A stretch of DNA of 64,000 bases from a candidate division WWE3 bacterium (GCA_026396615.1 JAPLWK010000008.1:75817-139816); one strand, 5' to 3'. Counted from the first letter of the stretch, positions 19,401-27,907 are shown. Program-made: numbers and translations. Notes: a model not told the origin generated them from the sequence alone.

Positions 19401-19852
19401 CCGTCGAAAGCGGTAACGACGCTCTAATCTCCGCCAACGGGACCGCCCCCGTCTGCGTTACTTCTGTTTGTAGTGCTCGCGGCTGGTTTCAAATCACTAG
19501 CGGCTATCAAAATGTGGATTGTAGTGAGTGCAGCGCTTGGTGCTGTGATTACAATAATGACAGCATTAAAGAAGCGGTGTGCTTAGAATCTAGAAGCGCT
19601 TTTGATCCCCCCGGAAATTTTGACCTCTGCAACCCAGCCCAGTCCGCCATCGCCGCTGCTAAAGTTTTAAAGGCTAAGATGGGTGTCGATGGTACACACG
19701 TGTGGACGATCGATGATGCCTGTGTAGCTGCTGCTCGCTACTTTGGAGCGGATAGCTCAGCCTGTGAAACCAGTGGTGGTTATTATCCGCGCCTTGCTAA
19801 CTGTACTTATGGCGGATTTGTAAAAAAGTTTGTGAATATTACCGGACTTTAG
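16445..19852 (+). CDS. Large secreted Cys-rich protein with C-terminal lytic-transglycosylase (SLT)-like domain
   Basis: Signal peptide ending PAFA; Cys-rich H-x-x-C repeats; C-terminus AAAAEGVPVSLLTAILTVESG...ARGWFQI...LCNPAQSAIAAAKVL...AARYFG. Confidence 0.75.
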   Translation: MPKRVSIILEFSLLLIAIIILKPTPAFAAAPDPVACFTNEDPTFGGVTRGNSTSFNVLLNMKITDFYCAAPNWPVASVLEGNDATHMDVGTNCPAANDPAVLAKIVAQLKSQIENVSLIPGAMTNPSVLSQANFQGDTTWTLLRPPSDITPNKVNNITGQTALNTVGTSKIYYAACTNVPEVGPVWFSMAKDVPAPQGKVLPSYRKEAAASFYLQNYLTQVPGDDPIIKELKKETPVFNDNTTSDLLPFPKLSFQLASRKIAESDYLIYWKLCAKKGPVDTVKKNISCQLSNFITDIEHTDVSGAKSLVAEIPNDAWGKNTGDDFTCFTTGDFDTHPLKVTATPGSSYPLSVKLIGTPIDENVCQNNAQLDSAVYLDPNNQLAYSGYSTTPHVAFCNGVNSTVVNNTSQSVCIGGDCHVTAIAKFFNDASAKISAVFDNWIHQLTPTTTWGDVNPDSAASCQKTAEDICNGPKGQGASDNLIITQSTDFNWIQVDPAAKPVDKIIKVFVTNNSKRDATLNVYSQVLVTSERSLPVTITTSNAAGSQNSPQIAVYGNTIYWNGLIVPANGVTTELDYHVSVTAINSGTISATSGVSGDIYKTVTFYSDTNFACQKVAGVGTNSCDPKNNDADCSAKHLACNNGTGICELVNGAGTNTCLTNSQCKDDKRHLDCVGNACVAVQGTGVDNCNRLASCNTTTHTGCSLDSANPTCASFTYVGPNKPTNNCSISGNSGCDGANSSSFHMECSSVGKPEPRDVSQPESTSTQSGLITVSSTNASDDENLCVKIAKIVCYITTMPSLMSGYSYTQPLEVKVYPYPEASYTQGIDTQAASPKDGLFNLFYAPGQDNKIAALSEKDVDAKAGLNTNINGNSPATDASIKGSQQTLSPLKYLQKNALCPPGQEATCPDMPQTVNEAMPTDGSIPPPDTPPLPGPVVPGANVGFSVPACTGGNDVAISQRSTYTQNILAQAAAAEGVPVSLLTAILTVESGNDALISANGTAPVCVTSVCSARGWFQITSGYQNVDCSECSAWCCDYNNDSIKEAVCLESRSAFDPPGNFDLCNPAQSAIAAAKVLKAKMGVDGTHVWTIDDACVAAARYFGADSSACETSGGYYPRLANCTYGGFVKKFVNITGL

Positions 19853-19885
19853 GCAGTTAGGGCGCTACTATGCTAAAATAACCTC

Positions 19886-21397
19886 GTGAAACCAGCCACA
19901 ACTACCGCCAAAATAATAGCCCTTATCACCCTTACCGCCTTTATCACCCTTATTAACACCACCCCTACAAATGCGGAGACGATAAGCTGCGGTGAAGTGG
20001 TGCCTACCACTGGTGCTGGGGCCGCTAAAAGCCCTTCCCAATATTTTGAAGTTTCAGTACCGGCCAGCTTTGGTATGTCTGAAGAAGATATTAGAAAGTC
20101 AGCCGAAGAAAAGTTAACCCGAGAAATTACCGTGGCTCAAGATAAATACTCAACTCCCAAAGCCGCCAGTCTCTCCCAAAAATATGAAGACATGCGCTTT
20201 GTGTTGCAGCCGCCAATGAATCCCACCGTCAACAGCTCTGCGCAAGGCATGAGTAAGGCCACGGAATATATAACCGCCTGCGAAGAAGGCACTACTAATT
20301 GGTTTTATATTGAGAGCCAGGGCATTGAAGGGCAAATTAGTAAGGATTTCACCCTGGCCGATAAGGCCACACAGCCCCTCAATGATTATTTAATTCATCT
20401 ACCGCTGTCGCCAACCAGAGTTGAAGAAGTAAATTCCAGCCAAGGGGCCGCCGCTCACTATTTTTTGGACCAACCCGACAGCGGAATTCCCAAGATGTCA
20501 CTGATTCTGCGACCAAGGATCGAAGACACTGATAGTTATAACGTTTATTGGGATCTGTGCGTGACACCTCCCAACCCCTACGACGCGAGTAATAGGGTCA
20601 GTTGCCCTTTTGAAGAGTTTGTGACCGAATTATCGACGAGTACCGGTGACACGCAGTCGATCGTTCCTGGAGCCTATACCAGCTTTGACGGCTCGATCGT
20701 TAACTGGGGAAATAGCCAAAGTGCCATGTGTGTAAGTTCCGAGACGCTAAAACTATCACCCTTTAAAGTTGCTAAAGGCCAAGGAGTGAGCGTGACGGCT
20801 AAGATTTTCGGTCGGCCGAGTGAAGCCAAAAGAGATACTTGCGTTGATAACGCCGCCGAAGTAACAGCCAACGCCTTTGCCTCGATTGATGGTGTGACCA
20901 AAAGTGAACATAGTCAAGCAGCCACCAAAGTGATGTGCCCCGGCGTCTATACCCCGGCCGGCCGGATTTTTAAACCGGAAGACCACTGCATTGCTGGTGT
21001 TTGTAAAATCGACCCGGCTATTCACACTGTTCAATCAATTACCGGAAACCTATGGGCCTGGCTTCAAAGTGCCCTTAGTAACTGCAACTCCGTCGCCGAG
21101 TGTATTGCCAAAATCCTCGTCCAAGACACTCGTAAATACTATGTTTATTTTTATAACGCTGGGGGCAATTACGGAGCCATCAATAGCAGTGCTACCAATA
21201 CCGGCGTTCAGTCCGGTTTTAATCAGTTATTTCGCCCACCTCAAGATGAATTTTCCAGTATCTTTGCCGAGGAACCAGCCGGCGATAACAACCACTTAAG
21301 CCACAACACGCCAATTAAGTCGGACTACACCAAAGTGCAGACGTATTTAACCCCACCGGGACAAAGTTTCCTCACAGATAAATCAGAAATGCGTTAA
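19886..21397 (+). CDS. Secreted hypothetical protein, paralogous to the non-catalytic core of 16445..19852
   Basis: Signal peptide ending TNA; shared motifs Y.vYW.LC, SC....F.T.l, WG, P.KV, C..NA, CI.G.C, FN.LF.PP, L.PPGQ. Confidence 0.7.
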   Translation: MKPATTTAKIIALITLTAFITLINTTPTNAETISCGEVVPTTGAGAAKSPSQYFEVSVPASFGMSEEDIRKSAEEKLTREITVAQDKYSTPKAASLSQKYEDMRFVLQPPMNPTVNSSAQGMSKATEYITACEEGTTNWFYIESQGIEGQISKDFTLADKATQPLNDYLIHLPLSPTRVEEVNSSQGAAAHYFLDQPDSGIPKMSLILRPRIEDTDSYNVYWDLCVTPPNPYDASNRVSCPFEEFVTELSTSTGDTQSIVPGAYTSFDGSIVNWGNSQSAMCVSSETLKLSPFKVAKGQGVSVTAKIFGRPSEAKRDTCVDNAAEVTANAFASIDGVTKSEHSQAATKVMCPGVYTPAGRIFKPEDHCIAGVCKIDPAIHTVQSITGNLWAWLQSALSNCNSVAECIAKILVQDTRKYYVYFYNAGGNYGAINSSATNTGVQSGFNQLFRPPQDEFSSIFAEEPAGDNNHLSHNTPIKSDYTKVQTYLTPPGQSFLTDKSEMR

Positions 21398-21402
21398 TCG
21401 TT

Positions 21403-21484
21403 GAGGACGAGGCATGCCTCGTCCCTACACTTATCGTCAGGAGGCCTCCTTTAGATTTGTAGGGACGACCCATGGGTCGTCCTC
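21403..21484. repeat. GTAG-type REP doublet with central AGGAGGCCTCCT palindrome
   Basis: gaggacgaggcatgcctcgtccctac ... gtagggacgacccatgggtcgtcctc, lying between convergent genes. Confidence 0.8.
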
Positions 21485-21497
21485 GATGATTCCGCTT

Positions 21498-22508
21498 TTA
21501 TTGCAACGCCTTGACGAAATATACAGCCGTCGTCGACCGCCCATCCGCCAACGTCACCGTCCCACTAAACGCATATACCGGTTCCAAATACGTACCTCCC
21601 TTACGAGTTTCCAGATACTCAAGTTTAACGTCAGTGAAACTGGCGGCATTAATTCCCGCCACCATCGCCAAACTATCTCCTACAATTCCCAAAGTCGCGA
21701 GAGTCGCCCGTCCAGCCTTTAAGTCTTCCAAAGCCGTTTCGATCGTCTTTAAAGGATAAACCCCAAAACTACCGTCACCATTTTGCAGCAAATGATAGTA
21801 AAACTTACCGGAAATTAGACCGTCATTTTGCCAACCAAAAGTTATCAGGGTTTCGTCACCAGGCAAACTGGTTACCGGCACATTATTAACGATTCGCAGC
21901 ACATTAAAATCGCCGGTTGGCGTATTTAAAGGCTGGTCGAAACTTAAATCAGGATAATTTAAATCCAGTGATTTTAATAGATTCTGCAGCACTTCGGTCT
22001 TTGAAGAAGCCTCCCCGCCAAATGACGCGATATCGCGAGGCTGCGCCAAGTTAAAAATAAAGCCATCGCTTACGGAATCGTAAAATAGATAATTGCCTTT
22101 TTCCTGCCACGTCTGACCCCCAAAAGTCGGTTTTGACTTAACCGTAAAACCTAATTTGACCGCCAATTTGTCTAGGGTGGACGGGGTTAAAACAGCTGTT
22201 TGCCCAAAGCGATAGACTCGAGCGGTCGCTGGAAACTTTAAAGTCGCTGTATCAATAAAGCTCTGCATGGCTGAAGGAGTGGCTCCCGGAATCGGGCTCG
22301 GTGGTAAAGAAATGACCGGCAGCGAGCCGAAAGTTTGGCTAACAGGCTCGCTAGGCACGGTAGTTGAAGTTGCCGGGGTCGTTGGTGCCGAGCTGCGCGA
22401 GGCCAACAAAAAGATGATTAAACCAATCCCGACAGCGCTAATAATGGCAATGGCCAGGATTTTATTATTCGCATAAAACTCTTTAAAAGCGGCAATATAT
22501 TTATCCAT
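21498..22508 (-). CDS. Membrane-anchored extracytoplasmic hypothetical protein
   Basis: One N-terminal TM helix, S/T/P linker, C-terminal YPLKT...A...L..G...YLEPVYAFSG motif. Confidence 0.6.
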   Translation of the reverse strand: MDKYIAAFKEFYANNKILAIAIISAVGIGLIIFLLASRSSAPTTPATSTTVPSEPVSQTFGSLPVISLPPSPIPGATPSAMQSFIDTATLKFPATARVYRFGQTAVLTPSTLDKLAVKLGFTVKSKPTFGGQTWQEKGNYLFYDSVSDGFIFNLAQPRDIASFGGEASSKTEVLQNLLKSLDLNYPDLSFDQPLNTPTGDFNVLRIVNNVPVTSLPGDETLITFGWQNDGLISGKFYYHLLQNGDGSFGVYPLKTIETALEDLKAGRATLATLGIVGDSLAMVAGINAASFTDVKLEYLETRKGGTYLEPVYAFSGTVTLADGRSTTAVYFVKALQ

Positions 22509-25500
22509 TAAGAACCTCCACTACAAACCGCAGCCGTCGAATTAACATAAGTTTCCGGGCAGACGCGGCTACCACTCGGATCAAAGATTTCATAATGTAA
22601 ATGGTACCCCGTGGAATAACCGGTTGATCCGGTTTTACCAACAATGCCGCCAATTCCCACATGCCAACAAGAACCCGTTGGCTTTCCGGGCATATAGCCG
22701 CTACCGGAATCACCGGCAATCGGTTGAAGGTGGGCGTAACGAGTGCGGTAACCGCCATCACCGGTAATATCAATATACACACCGTAAGGTAAATTGTTAT
22801 TGTTTTCGGTGGAAACGGCGTAACGACAAGCATTTCCCGCGATTAAAGCGTGGATCTCTGTGCCATCGCCGTAAGGTAAGTCGACGGCCAGCAACCCCTC
22901 ACTACCCTGATGCCAGGAACAGCCAAAAGTGACAGAGGCTGCCCCATCAGGCAAGCCACATGGCGCTATTTCCGCCGGCGTCCCCACTTTTATAACGGCG
23001 GTGGCGCTGTTACTCACACTCGCCCCCGAAATTGTGCCGGTGGCCGTCACCGTAGCAACAATAAAACGACTAGTGGTCGTGTACACTGTCATATTACAAG
23101 TATAGGTGATGCTGGCTCCTGCGGCCAGAGTCCCGGACCCAAAAGAAATATTCCCGCCGGATTCGGTGCCACTGGGCGTACAGGAACCGTAGCTAACGCC
23201 ATGGCCTGGTTGATAATTGTAATTAACGTTTAAACCGATAAGTTCGCTGCTACTGATATTAGTCACCTTTATGGTGTAAACAACAGCGGGACTGGAGTTT
23301 AAAGTTATAATTGGGCGGTCCACCGACATCTCTACTTTTAGATTAGGTGACGCCGCCCCCGCATCCGCCCCGCCGTGAGCGTTAAAATTCGCCCCGCCAA
23401 TTACCCCCATCGCGCCAAAAAGTAGTAGTGGGAATAGACATCCCACCGCGCAACAACCACAACTAACCACTTTTATATTTTCCCCGGAACTCATGAAGCC
23501 GTAATCGGTAAATACGGTCATTTTAAAAGGTCGCCAATAAAAAGCTGCCGCTTTTGACACCGGCCCCTTAATCGCACTCCAAATCTTCCCTAAAAGTTTT
23601 TGGCCAATCCACGCCAAAACAGCGGTGATAATTGGACCTAAAACAGGAAGGGCATTAGATAACGCTTCGATTCCGCCTAATATAGCCCCCAAAACTGCTT
23701 TTAAAGCCACTTTAAGTGCACCTTTAAGACCTAGCTTAAGTGCCATTTTGGCCCCAGAAGAAATAAGTCTTGTCTTTAACAGTAAAGCCCAAGCCTTAGG
23801 ATCCGCCGCAGCTGATTTTACCCAGCCACCTCTAAAAAAATTGATGGGACCCTTCAGCCACGGAACTCTTTTAAAGAGCGCCTCGAAGGCCACGCTTTGA
23901 AGATGATCTAAATTTTTACCGACTGAAGATACGGCCCCAATATATTTCTTAGCCAATCCATGAGAATCGATATCTTCCCAAAATTTAGCGAATTTGGTTA
24001 AATCAGAAACGCTGCCAGTAGCATCAATAATACCGTGGCTAGTTAGAAATGCCTTAATTTGCGGGTTTTTAGCTAAAAAGGTAGCTAATTCCCCCGCTGT
24101 AAGACCGGCCACATCACGAGTCATCCCAGGAGCTTGACTAACAGACCGACCAATAACAGCCTGAAGAACATCAATACTCCCTGGAGCCCCTGAAAGAATT
24201 CCATTGATTTCTGCGGCACTTACTAATGGAAGATTAGTAGAAGGATCAATTATAGAGGCTGCTTTCTGTAAGAAGTTAACTACTTTCCAATCGGTGTCAG
24301 CAAAACCTAAAGCGCTACTTACTTTACCGGCAGTTAGCTTAATTGTTCTCTTAGCGACATCTTTATATTCTTTTTTGACGGGATCCCAGGTAGAGGCTCC
24401 GAAAGCGTCGAATTTATCAATTACATGTATGTATCCAAAATTCTCGGTGTCAATTAAACCAAATGATAACCTATTTACAACATTCGCTAATTTGGGATGA
24501 TCCGCAACTGCTTTAGTTAATTTGTAGAATGGCTGCCAACCGGTTATATCTGTGTCATCAAATCCATTTAGCAACCCGAATGTTTTTACCTTCTTCATTG
24601 CAAAACTAACGTAGTCTGCTGGGCTTAAGTACTTGGCGTATTGGGAAATGCCAGGAATATATTTGGCGACCCTGGTACCCCAAACAAAAAACTTAAAAAA
24701 AGATTTTGAATCAACTGCTTCTAAAAAGTCTGTCGCGGTACTTTGAGTTTCACGATAATTAACTAACTTCACCCAAGTCACCATCCGAGTTGCTTCAGTT
24801 GCAGACAAGCCTAGATCAGTCAAATATTGCGTACCACCCTTCAACACATCCTTCCACGTTTGATCAACATTTTTATACATCTCCTGATACTCTTTCTCTT
24901 TTTCCCAGAATTTATCTCTCGCCGCTTTAAGGTCAGGGTTGGTCATACTGGCCGCGGCGGCCGCCCCAATAACCAGTGGTTGGGGTACAAACGGAACCGC
25001 TAGGACACCTAACCCAGCAGTCGCGGGACTCATGCTACTTAGCCCTTTATTAAACCTATCTTGTATTTTCCCTTTGGTACTTATGTCAAATCTTAAGTTG
25101 TCCCACTTTCTTCCTTGAATATCCCCACTAAAAGGATGAAAAACACCACCGGAATCGGTATAACCGGTTTGTACTACACCGCTTGTGTCTGTATAAGAAT
25201 ACGTAACCGTCTGAGTTGGTGGAGCCACAGCAAAAGGATCTACTTTATCCGCTACCTCTATTGCTGACCCTTGAAGATTCTGCCAACGCAATGCAGCCGC
25301 TTGAACAGCCGGATTAGGAGAGGCTAACATGCTGGTTAAATTAGCCGCATTTATTTGGGCGTTAATAGAATCCAATAAATCAACTTGAAGATCTTGGTAA
25401 TTCTTTAAACGGCTAGGGCGACTACCGCGAGTTATTCCCCATTTCTGAATATCGTTAGCCACTTTCTTGTACATGTCGGTTCCGTTAACTATTACAGAAG

Positions 25501-26044
25501 CTGAAGAGCTGATAGCCCCAGTAACAGGATCTTCTACAACTAAACCTTTACCACCGATACCGTGATTCTCACCTTTAACTAAAGGCTGCCAAAAATACTC
25601 CAGCTCTGCAACTGCTTCTAGATCTTCCGTGTTAACTACTGCTTTCCACCAATTATCTGCAGTTTTTTCTAAAACTTTCTCAGGGTCATCTAACCAATCT
25701 TTTAAATTTAGGGAGAGTGGGGTGCCCGCAGCTCCTGGGAGGTCCCTGAGTTCTTGTTTAGTAGTTTCTACATCAATATCCTTCTCACGATCACCTTCAG
25801 GGTTATAGCGAGCGCTCAAGAAGCGGTTTATATCTGCACCTAAATTTTTATAAACTTTAGCCGGATAAGTACCAATATTTAAATCGTCTATAAAAGCGTC
25901 AAAATCGCCCTCGTCTAAAAGTCCACCCCCGTACTCATAAGGCTCCCATTCTTTTACGTAGCCTCGAGCAATCGGTTTTCTACCTTTTGGGGGAACTTTT
26001 TTAAAACTCCGGCCTGGGCCTCGCTTCTTTTTGGGTGGTGGCAT
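22508..26044 (-). CDS. Large membrane protein with DUF11-like Ig domain and C-terminal M23 peptidase
   Basis: Hydrophobic helices, VVYTIKVTN (DUF11-like), then H...VDL, YGVYIDI, TRYAHL, GSTGYSTGYHLHYEI. Confidence 0.8.
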   Translation of the reverse strand: MPPPKKKRGPGRSFKKVPPKGRKPIARGYVKEWEPYEYGGGLLDEGDFDAFIDDLNIGTYPAKVYKNLGADINRFLSARYNPEGDREKDIDVETTKQELRDLPGAAGTPLSLNLKDWLDDPEKVLEKTADNWWKAVVNTEDLEAVAELEYFWQPLVKGENHGIGGKGLVVEDPVTGAISSSASVIVNGTDMYKKVANDIQKWGITRGSRPSRLKNYQDLQVDLLDSINAQINAANLTSMLASPNPAVQAAALRWQNLQGSAIEVADKVDPFAVAPPTQTVTYSYTDTSGVVQTGYTDSGGVFHPFSGDIQGRKWDNLRFDISTKGKIQDRFNKGLSSMSPATAGLGVLAVPFVPQPLVIGAAAAASMTNPDLKAARDKFWEKEKEYQEMYKNVDQTWKDVLKGGTQYLTDLGLSATEATRMVTWVKLVNYRETQSTATDFLEAVDSKSFFKFFVWGTRVAKYIPGISQYAKYLSPADYVSFAMKKVKTFGLLNGFDDTDITGWQPFYKLTKAVADHPKLANVVNRLSFGLIDTENFGYIHVIDKFDAFGASTWDPVKKEYKDVAKRTIKLTAGKVSSALGFADTDWKVVNFLQKAASIIDPSTNLPLVSAAEINGILSGAPGSIDVLQAVIGRSVSQAPGMTRDVAGLTAGELATFLAKNPQIKAFLTSHGIIDATGSVSDLTKFAKFWEDIDSHGLAKKYIGAVSSVGKNLDHLQSVAFEALFKRVPWLKGPINFFRGGWVKSAAADPKAWALLLKTRLISSGAKMALKLGLKGALKVALKAVLGAILGGIEALSNALPVLGPIITAVLAWIGQKLLGKIWSAIKGPVSKAAAFYWRPFKMTVFTDYGFMSSGENIKVVSCGCCAVGCLFPLLLFGAMGVIGGANFNAHGGADAGAASPNLKVEMSVDRPIITLNSSPAVVYTIKVTNISSSELIGLNVNYNYQPGHGVSYGSCTPSGTESGGNISFGSGTLAAGASITYTCNMTVYTTTSRFIVATVTATGTISGASVSNSATAVIKVGTPAEIAPCGLPDGAASVTFGCSWHQGSEGLLAVDLPYGDGTEIHALIAGNACRYAVSTENNNNLPYGVYIDITGDGGYRTRYAHLQPIAGDSGSGYMPGKPTGSCWHVGIGGIVGKTGSTGYSTGYHLHYEIFDPSGSRVCPETYVNSTAAVCSGGS

Positions 26045-26090
26045 ATGTGAGTAGTTTAGTGTAAATAGAGCAAATTGTCACCGATCATCC

Positions 26091-26121
26091 GTCATTCTGA
26101 ACTTGATTCAGAATCCAGTAA
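26091..26121 (+). repeat. Variant GTCATTC palindrome with compensatory stem changes, followed by heptamer repeats
   Basis: gtcattcTGAActtgaTTCAgaatccagtaa versus consensus gtcattcCGGGcttgaCCCGgaatccagtaa. Confidence 0.8.
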
Positions 26122-26233
26122 CAGTAAATGAATTTGAAATTCTAAATTTGAAATTTGAAATTGTAAATTATCTACAGAGGAACTTTGAGGCTTTGTAAAT
26201 CTTTATCTAAGGCGTTTAGATCGGCGTCTGGCG

Positions 26234-26974
26234 TCAATCTTTGGCTAGCGATAAACACCACACTTGCCCGCAACCGGCTTCTTTTAAAGCTTTCGCGGCG
26301 GAAAGGAAAGTGGCCCCGGTCGTACAGACATCGTCAATCAGAAGAATGTCCTTGTCGACTAGTTTTGACGTGACCTGCGACCGGACTTTAAAAGCCCCGC
26401 TAACATTTTGGTGACGTTCTTCCCTCTTCAATCTGGTTTGGGTTTTAGTATTCTTGATCCGCAATAGGGATTTGACGTCTAAAGTTAAACCAAAGTATGT
26501 AACGAGAGAGCGGGCAATTAGTTCCGAAACATTAAAACCACGGATCATCCGCCGTCGCCAATGTAAAGGAATCGGGATAACGATGGTTTCAGGACCGAAT
26601 GACACTCCTTTATCGACTAATTCCGACCAGGCGATTGGCAGTAATTCCTGAAGAGAATTAAAGGCGTATGGCGAATATTTGGCCTTTTGGAGGATTTTCG
26701 AAAACGGCCGTTTGTAAGTATAAATCGACAGGAATTTTTCCGGTGTAAATTGCGTCGCGCATTGACGATGCGTGTGACCTTTTACTGAGGCCTTGTCGCA
26801 TTTTAAACATACGTTATCACTGCAGAATTTAAGATCACGCTGGCAATCGCCGCAAACAAACTGACCCCTCTTCCCGCAACCGCCACAACGAATTGGAAAT
26901 AATAAATCTCCAATAACTTTCAAGAAGTTATCCACAGTGGTTGTTGTGCTTGTCATTACTGCTTTTAGCGACAT
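26234..26974 (-). CDS. comF: ComF family competence protein (double Zn ribbon + PRTase)
   Basis: LLFPIRCGGCG..VCGDC, CLKC..C, IPIPLHWRR...RGFN, LIDDVCTTGAT; exact start uncertain. Confidence 0.9.
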   Translation of the reverse strand: MSLKAVMTSTTTTVDNFLKVIGDLLFPIRCGGCGKRGQFVCGDCQRDLKFCSDNVCLKCDKASVKGHTHRQCATQFTPEKFLSIYTYKRPFSKILQKAKYSPYAFNSLQELLPIAWSELVDKGVSFGPETIVIPIPLHWRRRMIRGFNVSELIARSLVTYFGLTLDVKSLLRIKNTKTQTRLKREERHQNVSGAFKVRSQVTSKLVDKDILLIDDVCTTGATFLSAAKALKEAGCGQVWCLSLAKD

Positions 26975-27034
26975 ATATGGCTTGTAGTTGTTTGCTCGCT
27001 AGGCTCGTAGTTTACGTGCAGAATTCTAATTTTC

Positions 27035-27177
27035 AATTTGCAATTCGAAATATACGCTCGCTCGGCTCGCTACCAATTATCGTGACGATAATTGTTGAAA
27101 ATGCTTAAAAATTGAATTCAACAATTTGCCACAAATTGGTAGTGAACAAAGTGAACGTTTATTTTAAATTGTAAATT
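27035..27177. repeat. About 140-nt imperfect intergenic hairpin
   Basis: aatttgcaattcgaaatatacgctcgctcggctcgctaccaatt pairs with aattggtagtgaacaaagtgaacgtttattttaaattgtaaatt; inner stem aattgttgaa/ttcaacaatt. Confidence 0.7.
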
Positions 27178-27212
27178 TCAAAAGTATAATCTAAACCAGG
27201 AGGTGATTTTAA

Positions 27213-27698
27213 TTGGAAATAACTGCCTTAAAGTGGTCGGCCCCCAGTCGGCCTTTTAAGAAATTAAATAAAAAATACTACTCAACAATTGGAATTTTAG
27301 TACTAGCTGCCTGCTTGGTCTTTTTGGCGGCCGGTCAATTTGCGCTCATTGCTGTGCTATTTGCGGTGTTATTTGCCAACTACGTCCTGGCTAACGTTGA
27401 GCCTGGGATAATTCATCACGAAATTAATGACCGCGGCATCAGCTATGACGGCACTATTTACCTGTGGGACGACTTAAAAAGCTTTGGCTTTAAACATAAA
27501 GATGGCTATACTTTGCTTTTAGTTAACACTAAAGCCATGTTCCCCGGTCAACTTACGCTAATATTGCAGCAAATTGACTTAGAAGAAGTGAAGCAAGTGC
27601 TAATAACTCATTTGCCTTTTGAAGAACGCTTAAGCAATCCCACCTTCTTTGAGAAGATCAGCCACCGCTTCTCAACCATGCTCGCGCTCGACAAATAA
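27213..27698 (+). CDS. Conserved two-TM membrane protein with PH-like C-terminal domain
   Basis: W.AP.RPFKK, two TM helices, GI...G..Y.W..L.SF; SD AGGAGGTGA, TTG start. Confidence 0.7.
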   Translation: MEITALKWSAPSRPFKKLNKKYYSTIGILVLAACLVFLAAGQFALIAVLFAVLFANYVLANVEPGIIHHEINDRGISYDGTIYLWDDLKSFGFKHKDGYTLLLVNTKAMFPGQLTLILQQIDLEEVKQVLITHLPFEERLSNPTFFEKISHRFSTMLALDK

Positions 27699-27722
27699 GG
27701 CTTTTGAGGGTATAACCACTTT

Positions 27723-27753
27723 GTCATTCCGGGCTTGACCCGGAATCCAGTAA
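27723..27753 (+). repeat. Solo GTCATTCC type A palindrome
   Basis: gtcattccgggcttgacccggaatccagtaa. Confidence 0.9.
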
Positions 27754-27825
27754 CCGGTTAAAATTTTCAATCGATTTTTAAATATTGATTAAAAATTAAG
27801 AATTAAAAATTAAAAATTCCGATCT

Positions 27826-27901
27826 GCGCTCGTAGCTTAATGGATAGAGCATTAGCTTGCGGAGCTAACGGTTGCGCGTTCGAATCGCGCCGAGCGCACC
27901 A
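27826..27901 (+). tRNA. tRNA-Arg(GCG)
   Basis: GCGCTCG acceptor, anticodon arm TTAGC-TTGCGGA-GCTAA, GTTCGAATC T loop, CCA end; 76 nt. Confidence 0.95.
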
Positions 27902-27907
27902 CGTTTT

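Noticed and set aside
26015-26044. PPKKKR nuclear-localisation-like motif suggesting a eukaryote-targeted effector
   Set aside because: Short basic runs arise by chance, and the protein is membrane-anchored with a peptidoglycan peptidase domain.
26928-26936. Perfect DnaA box TTATCCACA in the comF 5' region
   Set aside because: It is a single isolated 9-mer with no cluster, so it cannot be distinguished from chance.
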